A DNA stretch of 64,000 nucleotides from Octopus vulgaris (taxonomy: Eukaryota). The translations under genes were made by a program, and so were the position numbers. The notes beneath the pieces were generated by a model that ran no database searches, was not told where the DNA came from, and saw only the letters and a program-made list of their open reading frames with translations. This document shows positions 38,629 to 52,787 of the stretch, in pieces. Position 1 is the first letter of the stretch; each line of letters opens with the position of its first letter. The stretch covers positions 6,572,001 to 6,636,000 of the forward strand of contig OX597821.1 of NCBI GenBank assembly GCA_951406725.2, in the 5' to 3' direction.

Positions 38629-41152
38629 GCATGTATTCATCATAATTATTGTATGTCAGTTTTCCGTTCTGGCATTGGTTAGATAGATCTCAGAGCATCT
38701 CACCACTTGTCATTAATCCTTTATCAGGTGGTGTATACTACACCAACAGAAGAAAATTGCTAATCTCTACTATTATTCTGCGTGTGAGGTTTCTTTTGCT
38801 TTTTACAATGTTTTTTGCAAGTCGTTTGTTTGTCCAAATGGCAACTTCTGCAACACGTGGCTTGCATATTCATATTTTGATCATTGTTTGAGTTTGAATA
38901 TGTTATCATACCAAACATCAAGGTACAGGTATGGCTGTGTGATTAAGAAGCTCCCTTTGTAACCATGTATTTTTGGGGTCAACCCCACTATGCTGCACCT
39001 TGGACAAATGTCTTCTACTGTAGCTGCCATGTACGTGAATTTGGTTGGTGAAAACTGTGTGGAAGCCCATTATATATATATGTATATATGATGGGCTTCT
39101 TTCAGTTTCCTTCTAGAAAATCCACTCACAGGGCTTTGGTTGGCTTGAGGTTTTAGTAGAAGACACTTGCCCAAGATGCCATGCAATGGGACTGAATTCA
39201 GAACTGTGTGATCAGGAAGGAATCTTCTTACCGCACAGCCACGCCTGTGCCTATATATACATATATATGTCTGTGTGTGTATGTTGTGTATATGTGCATG
39301 TCTTTGTGCTGATCCTCCACAACTGGTGTTGATTTGTGGCTTGTTTATATCCCTGTGAATTAGCAGTTTGGCAAAAGAGACTAATAAAATAAGTATCAGA
39401 TTTTAAAATAAGTTCTAGGGTAAATTTTCTTGATAAAACCCTTCGAAATGATGCCCCAGCATGGCCACACTCTAGTGAACGAAACATGTACAAAATAAGA
39501 GATATAAAATGAAAATAGAAGCCATAGGTTATAACATAAGTACAGGCATGTGTTGTCCAGTTCATAGTTAAGTGTAAAGTCATCACAAGTAGTTCCATCA
39601 TGATAAGTACATTCCTGTAGGACTTCCCATGATAAAAACATTGCCTTTAAATGCATCAGAAAGGAATTACATTTGCAATGTTATCCAGACAGTAAATCCA
39701 TTGTCTTGTCGAACATGTCATGGGTGAACTCACCATTCAGCTATTTATTTGAAGAATAAATACTTCAGCAAACATGATTTGAAGTGTTTTTATTTGCAGA
39801 GTAAACACGTTGCTTTTCATTAACAAAGACAAAGAAACTTGAAGACAAACAATTCCATCTTTTTGATCTGGAAATTTTTGGAAATCTTGATAAAGTGAGA
39901 ATGAAGAAATGGAGGAAATGTAGTATTAATTGAAGTGTATATTTCTGGTGTAGAAATATACAAGTATAGTCATGGGTGTGTGGTAAGAAATTTTGCTTCT
40001 CAACCACATGGTTTCAAGTTCAAATCTGTTGCATGGAACCTTGGGCAAGTGTTTTCCATGATAGCCATAGGCTGACCAGAGCCTTGTGAATGGATTTGAT
40101 AGATGGAAACAGAAACTGAAAGAAACCTATTGCATACACACACACATGATGCGCTTCCACACAGTTTCTATCTTTCAAATTCATTCACAAGACATTGGTC
40201 AGATTAGGGCTAGAGTTGAAGATATTTGTCCAAGGTGAGCCAAAACCACATGGTTGCATATTGAATTTCTTAACCACATAGTCATGTTTTTGCCTATTGA
40301 AAACTTATTTGAGGTAGAATTTTTATGCCCAGATGCTTTTCCTGTTACCAACCCTTACCTATTTTATAAGCAAGGGAGCTTTTAGTCCACAATTTCAAGA
40401 GCAAAGCTACAGAACCATTATGTTCACTGGGTGTGTAAACATAACAACACTGTTATTCTTGCTCAGTTGCTCTCAAACAAGAAGTGGAAGTAAAAACTTG
40501 TTCTCTCTCCTGCTCTCTCTTACGTGCATACACACTCATACATATGAGACTGGCTTCCATGCAGTTTCTGTCTTCCAGTTTCATTCACAATGCATTGGCC
40601 AGTTTATGTTTATTATTTATTCTTGTTGGAATCCCATAGAAGGAGAACAATATGACTAGAGCAGGCATACAAGGTGGGAACAATAGCTTCAACTCTTTTT
40701 GGTTCATATTCCAAGCATGTTGACTGCATAGGCAATATCCCAATCATTGATTCTGTGAAATTAGCAGCATTGTATTGGAAATGTCAATTTAAGAAGGGAA
40801 GCTATCTTTGGAATTATTGATATAGAAATCTAGAAGATTCCTCAAATAACAGTTTGGTTAAAAATAAGATGGGTGACATCGTATGCGAGGGGTGACAATA
40901 GGAGATACGTGATGCCAGTTCACTTCCTATCATTTTTCTTCTCCTCTGCCATCAACTCCTCAACATTTGCAAATCATAAATATGCACTCAGGTGAAACTG
41001 ACCTATTCAGGTCACATTGACATTTTACGAATACTTGGTTACCATTATCATCATCATCATTGTTAACATCATCATCGTCATCATCATCATCATCATCATT
41101 TATATTTATGGATATATATTTAATATATTTTAGTATGTGTGTATGTAATGTG

Positions 41153-41189
<37 letters not shown>

Positions 41190-41258
41190 GCACACAGGTG
41201 AGCACATAAGTTCAAAACAATGTGGAAAAAGTAGTACTCCAATACTAAAGGTAGAGTG

Positions 41259-41332
41259 TACTCAGAGTTTCATGTTCCCATTTGTCATCACAACTGTCCA
41301 ATGAATAGGAAAGTGATACTCTGAGTAACAGT
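41259..41332. ncRNA. Inverted pair of decayed hammerhead-like motifs (same family as 55908-55950)
   Basis: TACTCAGAGTTTCATGTTCCCATTTGTC ... AACTGTCCAATGAATAGGAAAGTGATACTCTGAGTAACAG; differences from the 55908 copy are largely CpG-type transitions. Confidence 0.5.
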
Positions 41333-41607
41333 CTTGTGATAATTTTTCAGCTTTAATAAAACTATATGTTGTGTGTGTGTGTGTGTGTGTATACTTTAGT
41401 GGCCAGTTTGTACCTTTCAAGAATATATATATATATATACATGCATTATACATACATGCACACACACAGTTCAGAACTACATGATTTCAGACTCATTCCC
41501 ACTGTAGCTGTCTTCTGTTTTTGCATGACACTGATCAATGCTTTGTGAATGAATTTGGTAGATAAGACTACAGGAAACCTGTTGTGTTTATATGTGTGCA
41601 TATGGGT

Positions 41608-41652
<45 letters not shown>

Positions 41653-42098
41653 AGGGATGACCACTAAGTGGATATCCATTATGCTAGAGGTAGACCCCAT
41701 ATGGTCTGACTACTAAGAAAAATTTGTTCTCATGAAAATTCAGCAAACGTCAGAACGTAAGCGAGCAAGACAAATGAAAAGATACAAAATACAAAGATTA
41801 ATCACAAAGCCGGTTTCATTGTTACCATTTACATAATACTCACGTAAATGTCTGCAATTCATTAGTGTGATTGTCATAGCAAAATATAATTTGCAGAATT
41901 ATACACGAGACGTCTGCATGAGATTTAAATTTAAATATTCAAATTTAAATTTATATATATAACCGGTCTTTCTTCTAAACTATGTCATTGTAAGAAAAAG
42001 ATTTATAATATTCTTCAGACATATTGACTCAAATATATATTTTTTAACCTTTTAAAACAAGCCTTCTGTAGTTTTTTCACTTTTTACTATTTTCTATA

Positions 42099-42148
<50 letters not shown>

Positions 42149-42691
42149 ATTATCAGTGTCATAATCATCATTTTAAGGTTCACTTTTCCATTCTTGCATG
42201 ATGGGTCAGCGGAAATTTGTTCTGGATGTCTGGATGTCCTTCCTCTCACCAACCCTTACCTGTTTCCAATTATGTGTGTGTGTGCGTGTGTGTATGAGGG
42301 GCTTATTTCATTTTCTGTATACCAAGACCATTCACTAGACATTGGTCAGCCTAGGGCTATAGTAGAAGACACATGCCCAAGGTGCCATGTGGGAGGACTA
42401 TAACTGAAATCATGTAGATTAGAAAATTACTGTTTTTTAATCTGACAATGAGAGATATTCAGCAACAATACTTTGTAGTAATGACTGAGCTGAGTGGGGG
42501 GTGCTAGATTCCCTTGTTTGAAAATATAAGGACACAGATCATGTCATATAGCCAGCTGGAGACAATGTCACCTGGGGCTAAATTACAGCAACATTGGTCC
42601 GAAACCACGACTGTCATGTTATGTTGGCAAACAATCTTTACTGTGAAATCACGTAGTTTTGAAGCAAAGTTCTTAACCATACATCTATATA

Positions 42692-43110
42692 TACTCTTTA
42701 CTCTTTTACTCTTTTACTTGTTTCAGTCATTTGACTGCGGCCATGCTGGAGCACCGCCTTTAATCGAGCAATTTGACCCCGGGACTTACTCTTTTGTAAG
42801 CCCAGTACTTATTCTATCGGTCTCTTTTGCCGAACCGCTAAGTAACGGGGACATAAACACACCAGCATCGGTTGTCAAGCAATGCTAGGGGGACAAACAC
42901 AGACACACAAACACACACACGCACATATATATATATATACATATATACGACAGGCTTCTTTCAGTTTCCGTCTACCAAATCCACTCACAAGGCATTGGTT
43001 GGCCCGGGGCTATAGCAGAAGACACTTGCCCAAGATACCACGCAGTGGGACTGAACCCGGAACCATGTGGTTGGTAGACAAGCTACTTACCACACAGCCA
43101 CTCCTGCACC

Positions 43111-43111
<1 letters not shown>
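42692..43111 (-). mobile_element. SINE family A, young copy
   Basis: Full length, CpGs retained, (CTCTTTTA)n tail. Confidence 0.9.
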
Positions 43112-43143
<32 letters not shown>

Positions 43144-43635
43144 GTATGTGTGTATGTGTATATACATATATGAATTTTCTCATTTTGCATTTCAACTTTG
43201 TCTCTTTCAAAAGCTCATAACTAAGAAAATATAAATAAATTTATTTTATCATCTAAAGCTGAACTTGATCCATTCATCACGGATTCATCAACTACTGGAA
43301 CATATTATTGATCCATGTTTCGACTAACTCTACTGGATTTTCCAACATGGAATTTCTTTTTTTTTTTCATCCTTTAATAATTTTTACTTGCATTCTGAGC
43401 TAGTCATGGAGTGAAATATAAGTGTCATGATAAAGAATAAAAAGAAAACAACAACAACAAAAAACTCTCACACACACACAAACACGCACGCACACACACA
43501 CACACACTGACATACATGCATGTATACATATATGATATATATATATATATGATATACATATATATATATATATGATATACATATATATATATATATGATA
43601 TACATATATATATATATATATGATATATATATATG

Positions 43636-43675
<40 letters not shown>

Positions 43676-43838
43676 TAGGTGCAGGAGTGGCTGTGTGGTA
43701 AGAAGCTTACTTCCTAATCACATGGTTCCGGTTCAGTCCCACTGTGTGACATCTTGGGAAAGTGTCTTCTACTATAGCCTTGGGCCAACCAAAGCCTTGT
43801 GAGTGGATTTGGTAGACGGAAACTGAAAGAAACCTGTC

Positions 43839-43898
<60 letters not shown>

Positions 43899-43910
43899 GT
43901 ATGTATTTGT

Positions 43911-44300
43911 TATTACCTCCGCTAAGGAAAGAGGTTATGTTTTCATTGGCGTTGGGTTGTCTGTCTGTCCGTATGTGTGCAAAATAACTGAAAAAGTTGA
44001 GAACAGTATTTGATGAAACTTGCAGGAAAAGTTAGTAATGAAACAAGGAACAGGTGATGAAATTTTGGTAGTGATCTGGAAATTTGTATGGATTCTTGAA
44101 GGATTTTTCATTTGTTACATTTACTTTACATGAAGTATTACAATGTTATGTTCTTAGATTATCTCCCTTGAAAACACATTCATTGTTACCACATAACCTA
44201 TGGTGGCGTTGCTGTTTCTAAAGTTTATTTTCATTTCTCTATTATTTATCTTACTCGCGTATCTATCTTAAAATGAGCTACTTGGCAGAGGTCTGCAGAG
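43911..44300 (+). mobile_element. Helentron-associated non-autonomous element (HINE/DINE-like)
   Basis: TTATTACCTCCGCTAAGG...GAGGTTATGTTTTC start, (CTGT)n microsatellite, subterminal inverted repeat CTTGGCAGAGGT; second shorter copy at about 44385-44512 (CCCCGCCAAGGAGGTTATG...CTTGGCGGAGGTCGGTGTACTCCGAGTGCTTTT). Confidence 0.6.
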
Positions 44301-44746
44301 GATGACATGACAAGCCTTGATATTGGGATGATTCCTGTTTTTAAAGGGTTTTTAAAAAAAAATCATATGGCTGTGTGATTTTTTTTATATCCCCGCCAAG
44401 GAGGTTATGTCTTCCCCGGCGTTGGTTTGGGAAATTGGGCGATTTTCAACATGCATGTATATGGGTGGAAATGAGCTGCTTGGCGGAGGTCGGTGTACTC
44501 CGAGTGCTTTTGTAGTTTGCCTCTCCACCATCGATGTTGGTGTGTTTAAAGCCCCTGTCACCTTGCGGTTCAGCAAAAATAGTCTGATAGAATAAGTACT
44601 ATACTTACAAAGAATAAGTTCTGGAGTCAATTTGTTCGACCAAAGGTGGTGCTTCAGTATAATCGCAGACTGAAACAAGTAAAAGAAAAGTATATGTATA
44701 TATATTTAGAGCATTTAGGAAATTACTTGATATAGTTGTAATATTT

Positions 44747-45014
44747 AGAGAAAGATTTTATTGAAAAAGTTAAGATTAAGAAAAGAACTTTTTAGAATGG
44801 TACTAAACTTTAGCAAGGAATTTCACAGATTGTGTGTAGGCTTTAATAAACGTGCAAGCATTTTCAGTTCTCGGCATTATCAAGCATGTGTTTGATAACG
44901 CTGGGAACTGAAAGCGCTTTCACATTTATTAAAGCCTACACATAATCTGTAAAATTCCTTCCTAATGGTTAGTATCATTCTACTCTCTTAACTTTTTGAG
45001 AAAAGTCTTTCTCT
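44747..45014. repeat. ~270-bp imperfect palindrome of two head-to-head short elements
   Basis: Arms AGAGAAAGA...TGTAGGCTTTAATAAA...TTATCAA / TTGATAA...TTTATTAAAGCCTACA...TCTTTCTCT centred at about 44887. Confidence 0.8.
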
Positions 45015-45019
45015 CCTTC

Positions 45020-45317
45020 AGGGTTACGGAAAGGAGACAACCTTCAAAGAAATCCGGAGTGGAACCTCGTAGGCGGTTTAGTGTTTGACTTGACACTCTT
45101 CTGGCAGCTCCTGCAACCAAGCTGGTACCAAATGTAATGCTCTGGACTCCTTTGGACTACATCAGCAAGGTTGAGAGAGGAATCCTGACGATTGGGGTAC
45201 CCAGGATTTTCTTATATCTAGCCCAGGCCTGTGCAAAACTGGAGAGGACATGAAATGTAAAAACCAGACTGGATTAGTTTATGCACAACTCCATTGTCTT
45301 CCAAGACAAAAGGATGC

Positions 45318-45327
<10 letters not shown>
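45020..45327 (+). mobile_element. Bipartite non-autonomous RTE derivative (non-coding 5' part joined to RTE 3' UTR)
   Basis: The 3' ~80 bp (AGGACATGAAATGTAAAA...AAAGGATGCCAACAACAAT) match the RTE 3' end at 22712-22789; the upstream part has no RTE ORF similarity. Confidence 0.6.
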
Positions 45328-45348
<21 letters not shown>

Positions 45349-46129
45349 CTCTGTGTGAAGGCACATGGTTCAACACTGGGCTCAAAATTATGAGGTTATG
45401 AGTTCAGTTTGTGGACTGGGCTGTGTGTTGTGTTCTTGAGCAAAACACTTTATTTCACGTTGCTCCAGCTCACTCACCTCTAGAACTGAGTTGTGATGTC
45501 ACTGGTACTAAGCTGTATCAGCCTTTGCCTTATCCCTTGGATAACATCGGTGGCATGGAAAGGGGAGGCTGGTATGCATAGACAACTGCTGGTCTTCCAC
45601 AAACAACCTTACTTGGACTTGTGTCTCGGAGAGTAACTTTCTCAGTGCAATCCTATGGTTATTCATGACCGAAGGGGTTCTTTACCCTTTTATATATACT
45701 CTGTGGATATATCACTTGTTCTGGTACTATATTCTCCTCAGGGGTACCTTTTTGTATCTCTGAGGAGAATTGGCAAATTTGCCACATCGGTACCACCCTA
45801 GTGTATATATCATAAATAAATGTATTTTAGTCTACATTTTGAAAATATACTCTGTAGAATATGGTCTATTTTGTTACAAATGATTGATGTGCAACTAAGT
45901 TGGAGATGTTTTTCCTTGCTTTCATAGATCAGAGCAATCGCCCTATGCCTTTGTGTACTAAGCTAAATTTTAATGTATTGAGTTCTTTGTTGCACATCTG
46001 GTCTTTTAGTCTCCTGGCCAATAGCCTAAGATTTATCCATCCATCCATCCATCCATCTCTCTCTTCCTCTCTCTCTTTCTCTCTCTCTCTTTCTCTCTCC
46101 ATTCATCCATCTATGACTCAATCAATCAA

Positions 46130-46510
46130 TCAATCATTTTTTTTCCATTTGTCATCCAGTGATGCACCTGGACACATCATTAGTGATGTTTCTTGTGTTC
46201 ATTAGACGTTTCAGGTCTTTCAACATCAAGCACCCTAACCCAGGCAACCTAATCAGGGGTTGATCAAGTCCTAACTTGCATTCAATTAGCTCTACCCCAG
46301 TAGCACTGTCCCTTCCAGGGCTCACACTTCGTTATCTGCAGCAACCTTTTGGCAACTTCCACTGCCTCCACAGCCAACTTGGCCTTCTGCCTACTGGCCT
46401 GCAAACCCTCTGCATTCCACCTTGATAGGGTCACACCTTGTTTCCCACCTATTGCTTTGGCATAGCTCCACCAGCTTAACACATTTCCTTCTATTACTCT
46501 CATTTTCCCC
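46130..46510 (-). mobile_element. HERO/NeSL-like RLE-type retrotransposon 3' fragment
   Basis: RKCVKLVELCQSNRWETRCDPIKVECRGFAGQ resembles the K..KY..L...C...GW....PVEVGCRGF endonuclease tail; 3' UTR GATGTTGAAAGACCTGAAAC...ACATCACTAATGATGTGTCC. Confidence 0.65.
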
Positions 46511-47863
46511 TAAGTATATATGTATATATATATATGTATATACATATACACACAAATATACATATATATGTGTGTGTGTACACACACACATATATGTATA
46601 TTATATATACATGTATATAGTGTGTTTGACAAGTGGAAACATGAAACTTCCTGTGCTTCAGTAACTATTCCATGTTGAAGTATTCAGTTACAAAACTAAA
46701 AACAAAAAAAAAATGTGTGTATGTGTGTGTATGTATGTGTGTCTGTGTGTGTGTTTGTGTATTTGTGTATGTGACTGTGTGTGTGTGTATGTGCGTATAC
46801 CTTCATGGAACAGACAAAATGCATTTATTGATTAATATATTTGACATAATCAATACATTTATGATTAATAATCAGTACTAGCTTATCTATTATAGTGTGG
46901 TGTGTTTTTTTCTCTTAATGATAATAAAAAAAGAAAGGGATGAAAATTCTCAATACTGATTTTAATTTTTCGCACAATGCCAGCAATTTTGAGGAAGTGG
47001 GTAAGTCAATTACATTACCCACTGTACTCAATTGGTACTTATTTTATCAACAGGCAAAATCAACCTTGGTGGAATTGGAACTCAAAACATAAAGGTGGAC
47101 CGAATACTGCTATTGGTCTTGCTAACAATTCTACCAGCTCATGAAAATTCTTACTCTTACCAAGAGTGAAGAGTGGATAGTATTTTGTTTGTTATGTCAT
47201 GGTGATAACAATAGTGATGATGATGATGATGATGATGATGATGGTGACTGTGATGGTGGTGGTGGTGGTGGTGGTGGTGGTAGTGGGGTTTTGGTGGAAG
47301 TGATAATGATTATGGATGTACTGACGTGATATAAATTGTATTTCAGATTTTTCTGACGCTAAAAGAAACCCAACATTCTCTGTTGTGCAGTTGATATAAT
47401 AATATTAAAGATTTATTTCTATGATATTATGTGGAAGATAGAGGACAGTGTTCTTGGAGAGAATGTGGGTCTATCATAGGAAGAACTCATGTTTATGTTG
47501 CTATTATTATTTAGTTGTGGCTTAGCCTTGATTGGGCTGACCTATAATCGAAGACATTCCAATTGTGACTACTTCGTCCTTTTTACCCAATGTATCATAT
47601 TTTCTTTGTTTAGTCAACTGGCTGTGAATTGAGGGGGACCTTGCTCCTAATTTTAGCATATCAACCAGCCTCTTAGGAGTTTTATTTTGTTGTTTAGCTT
47701 CAACTCAGCCCTAACTGAACAGACATATGATCAAAGGAAGGTCAAATATTGAGCAGGTGGAAAGATTTGTTGACCTGTAGAAAAAGACTAATAACTGTGC
47801 CAAGTTTCGTTGCTCTACTGGTATGGGAAGTGGGTCAGGGGCATTACTTATTGAACGCCCCTC

Positions 47864-47900
<37 letters not shown>

Positions 47901-48489
47901 GAGCATGTTGGAAAGCTGTTGACTACCAGACTCATTAAACAGGTCACATCATTGACTACCAAACTCATTAAACTTTGCAAGCTTTGATTGCTATTTTGAT
48001 GCACCAGTTTACTGAAAGGGTCTTTGCAATTTCTGACTGTTTTTGTTGAATGTAGATAAAAGATTTCTGTATAGATGTATAGATATTTGACAGTTTAGTA
48101 GTTTATATATCTGGTGCACCTGTTTATTGCACTGCATTACCTGCTGTACAAAGGTGTGTTCTTGTTTATATTACTTTTTTTTTTTTAAACCTTTTTGTGT
48201 GCTCTGTTAACATTTAGGTTGACCTTACACATTATTGCAGTTTCTGCAAGATATTTACCTGGTTGTAAAATGTTTAAACTTTTTAACTATTTCTTCTCCC
48301 ACTGGAAAATCTGATCTTAGTTTTAGTAAACTAGACTTAGCAGGACAACAGAGGACTCTCCACCGAGTCATTAAACATAATAGAAATAGCAGCTGGATCT
48401 CTCTCAGATTAAGGCCTGGTATGTCTGAAAAAAAAATGTACGGAGCACAATGGATCAAGTAGTTCTGGTTATGGACGTATAATGCTTCA

Positions 48490-48905
48490 ATGTCTGGCAA
48501 CTGACTTGGTAGACACCTACAAGATTATCCAGCATCTTTCCAAAAACAACCTTGGGCACCTTTTTTGAATTCCATTTGTCTAACACTCCTGGACATGCTC
48601 ACAAAATATATATATATAAAAAAAAAAAAGTCACACAGCACCCATAACTTCCAGAAACATTTTTTCACTCTCAGAATTGCTGAAGCATGGAATAAACCAC
48701 ACATGTTAATTGTTAGTTGTCATGATACTACACCCTTTAAAACTTCCATGCTTCCGGAAATTCACCAACGGCGCACCTGAGCTCCCCTTCCCCATGTTGT
48801 TTTTTTTTAACAACTTATTCACCTTTCACTTCCTGTGCATTATTCTATGTACTGTTCATGCACTTGTGATGAGCTGTAGTGCACTTGAACACTGTATAAA
48901 ATAAC
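48490..48905 (+). mobile_element. Decayed CR1 LINE 3' fragment (same family as 34300-34905)
   Basis: HNFQKHFFTLRIAEAWNKP...VSCHDTTPFKTSMLPEI matches the ORF at 34371-34883. Confidence 0.8.
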
Positions 48906-51900
48906 TGCATTATATCATATATTATATAAATATATACAACGTCCATTATTCAATAGGATGGGCATTGCTGGAATGCTTTGGTTGATAGATTTCTGTTGTC
49001 AAGGTTAACCTGGGTCTAAACAACAATATTATATACGTGTTGTTGTTGCTGTTTAAAGCTAAGTCAGTCCTGATCCAGCAGATCTGTGATCAAAAATATT
49101 TCTATTTAGTCCTGGATTTGATTGTCTCAATCAACCCACTCCCCTCACCATCTCATCATCATTTAACGTCCCTTTTTCCATGCTGGCATGGGTTGGACAA
49201 TTTGGCATGATCTGACAAACTAGGGGGTCGCATTCAGCTTCAACGTCTGCTTTGGGCTGGGTTACTATAGCTGGTTGCCCTTCCTAATACCAACTGCATT
49301 ATAGAGTGCAGTTTCTCCATATCAATTAGTTTATTGGGCTTTATTGATAGAAAGACTATTGTTGATCTATTTGACTAGAGAATTACTGGTACACATTTTA
49401 TCAATTAGTGAAGGCACATGGCCTAGTGGTATGGGGTGTTGCATTCACGATCGACAGATTGTAGGGTCAATTCCTGGACTGGGCTGTGTTGTGGTTCTTG
49501 AGCAAAATACTTCATTTCATCTTGTGCCCACTCAGCTGTGAATAGGTAACCCTGTGACAAACTGGTTTTCCAATCAGGAGAAACATTTGCCTGCTCACGT
49601 TGCCAGTGAGGTGGCATTGTTCAAAAGCTAAAACAATGGAAAGCACATTGTGATCAGTGATATATAACAACATCCAATAGTCTAGTCAATCACATAATTT
49701 TATCAGTTAGATTGTTGTTGTTGTTGTCGTCGTTTAGCCCTAGGTTTAACTTGATTGAGCAAACATATGATCTAAGGTATCTTGTAATATTTTCTCAAAC
49801 ATTTAGCAAACCAATGAGGACAGAAAAAACTGTATCTTTTAAGATGGTAGGGAGTGGTTTGTGGGAGATTTTCTGCTATTTCTAACAGTTTGAGGAATGA
49901 CTTAGACCAGTCATAGGCAAAGTGTGGCCCCTCACGCTTGGCATGAGCTACCTTTCTTATCAACTAGAATTTAAAGATAAGCAAGCCCTTGAAAAAATAT
50001 AATTTTGAACTCTGAGACTCATTAACAAGTGCCCTAAATTTGGTTTCCTAATGATGTATGAAAGTTATCTTACTCCATTAACTTTTTTGAATATTTTGCT
50101 GTACATTTCTGCTTTAACACTTTTATATCTTTTAGTCAGAAGAGAATGCAGTGTTCATGGCCCTTTACTGGGCTTCCCACATTGGTGGTAGGGAAGAAGA
50201 AAGGGAGGAAGGTATTATCAACCTGAGACCTGGCTCAACAACCTGCAACAGACATACTAGGACCCTACTTTCAGAGGGGTTTAGTTGAATATGTCAACCT
50301 TAATAATTTGTCTGGCTCTTCCTTTATTGATCCTTATATAAGTTGTCTTTCTTTACCAAGACGTGTTCTGTATTGTATTCATTAACACAGTGATTCAGTC
50401 AACAAACAATAGACACATAGTTTGATGGTTCTACGGTTCTAGTTCTCTCAGTGAACTTGTTTGTTCTTTTGCAGTCACTAATTGTTGCTTATCTCTAATA
50501 TAATATTTACATATATTCAATAGAAGATGATTCACTCTGTCTTCTCTGCCTTGAGTTCGTCACCTTTGTTATGTGATTATTCACAAAGCATATCAACAGC
50601 TGCTTTCACAATAACACGTGCACTGGGGCAACAAACTTGCAAATCTGATGAAATGAATCATTACATTTGAATAAATGAATAAACTCTAGTACATGTATTG
50701 AGTACCTTTGTCCTGTTTGTACATCCAGAGAGAGAGAGAGAGAGAGAGAAAGTGAGAAAGAGACAAAAGTTAGAAATGTGGTTTATAGTAAAACACATTT
50801 TTAGCCTTACTATGAAAAATAATTTCTATGCTTAAACCTCATGTTTTGTGTCTTTGTGATCAGAAAAAAATTAAAACAAACTAAAAAATAAAATAAAGAG
50901 ACTGGCCTGACTACTTTTAGCATTTTTTTCTGTTTCATCAGACTACAGCCGCTCATTTTTCTAATCTCATAGAGAATAGTACCTCATTGCTTTATATAAT
51001 AAATCCTATAAAGTCAGACAGAACTGAATTAAGCTGCTTTAATTTGTACTGTAAATCACAAAGATTTCAGCACAATTCAGCAGCATTATTCCTGTTGTGT
51101 TGCTGTTGTGTGGCTGTCATGCTGTTGTGTTGCTGTTTTGCTGTTGTGTAACATTGATTACCAAAGAATATTCAGATTTTGTGGGCCCACACTGTTGCAC
51201 GTTTTTGTTTTCTTCTATTATACTTGCAGTCACCACAGCCAACTTGACACAGCTGAACCACACAATGACTATCTTGTTTTGCTAATAATCAGGAGGTGTG
51301 GGTATGGCTATGTAGCTAAGTAGTCTGCTTTCCAACCACATGATTTCGGGTTCAGTCTTTAAGCATGGCATTTTGGACAAGTGTCTCCTATAGCCTGTCG
51401 TCTGTGTGTGTGTGTGTGTGTGTGTGTGTTCCCTTGTTTAGACATTGAATGATTGTTGTGAATGAGTGTCACTGTCATACAAGCAGTGTCATTCATTTCT
51501 AATATCCTGTGAAAACATCGCTGGCCATTGGCAAAATATTACCTTGCTTGGTAACTGGTGAGGGTTGGTGACAGGAAGGGCATCCAGCTATAGAAAATCT
51601 GCCTCAATAAACCATCAATGAATTGATGATGATGGTGATGACTCACTGAGGATTTGTTCTGTGGCCCTAGTATTGGTCCTTCTCTTCCATGCCTCTGCCC
51701 TATCCATGACAAAGCATTTTCTCCTTACTTCTTTCTCTGTTATCTTTTCTTAGTCCATTGCCACCCTGGTAGAACATTGTGGATCTAGCTATAATTCCAT
51801 GACATCCCATCTCTGCTGGAAGCATTGTGCACTTCCATTTTCGTCCCTCACAAGATTAAGTCCTCAATATCATAGGCACTTCCTTTCATGAGTCCTCTCA

Positions 51901-52374
51901 TGGTCCCTCTCCACAATACATCAACTTGACAATAATGGCTTCTTTTACAAGATCACACCATTCCATAGGTTTAAGATGCTGCTTTGTTATAACTTGGGAA
52001 CATGAGTTCTTCCTTCAAATCCACCTACATCTTATGTGTATTATCAGGATTAGGAAATCTGGGTTTCAGCTTGCCCTTCTTTATGCTTTTGCATTATCTA
52101 TTATCACCCTCCTTGTGGAAAACTTAAGGTTGCAACTATACATCATCAACATCGTTGTTATTTTAAGGGCCACATTTCTATACAAGCATGGGTCAGGCAA
52201 AATTTATTAAGGTAGATTTTCTGTGACTAGATGTTCTTGCTGTCAAGGTGATATTTGCCTTAATCTTCTGAATGATGGACTGCTCAATAGCCAGAAAAGT
52301 TTTCATAGCAGATTGTAAACAATGACCCTGTTTTCAGGCAGAGCACAAACAGTACCAAGACAGGAGGAACGTGT

Positions 52375-52422
<48 letters not shown>

Positions 52423-52740
52423 TCATACATGTACGTACACGCATATTCAAACACATATGCATACACACATTTTCACAGACTTCTCACAGTTACAGACCAT
52501 CAATTCCATGTACAAAACTTTCATCAGCCTGAAACCATAGTAGAAAACATCATTCCACAGAGCTGTGTGGATGGTACAAACACTAAACAAAGTGGTTAAG
52601 AAATAAATTTCTTGAATGACCATGGGATTGCACCTAGAAAGTTCCTCTCTGAATCACAAGCCTGGGCAAGGTTGCTTATGGAAAACCAACCGTCACCCAG
52701 GCGTACCAGCACCCCCTCTGGTCATAAGAAGCCTGTCATA

Positions 52741-52787
<47 letters not shown>

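Noticed and set aside
39396-39900. Unique-looking ORF (YHDGTTCDDFTLNYELDN) and an exon-shaped segment at 39800-39894
   Set aside because: No recognisable family, the ORF runs into a SINE, and the exon-shaped segment has stops in all three frames
51630-52150. Possible RTE LINE remnants (also 61290-61590 and 40640-40960)
   Set aside because: Too decayed to assign confidently by eye
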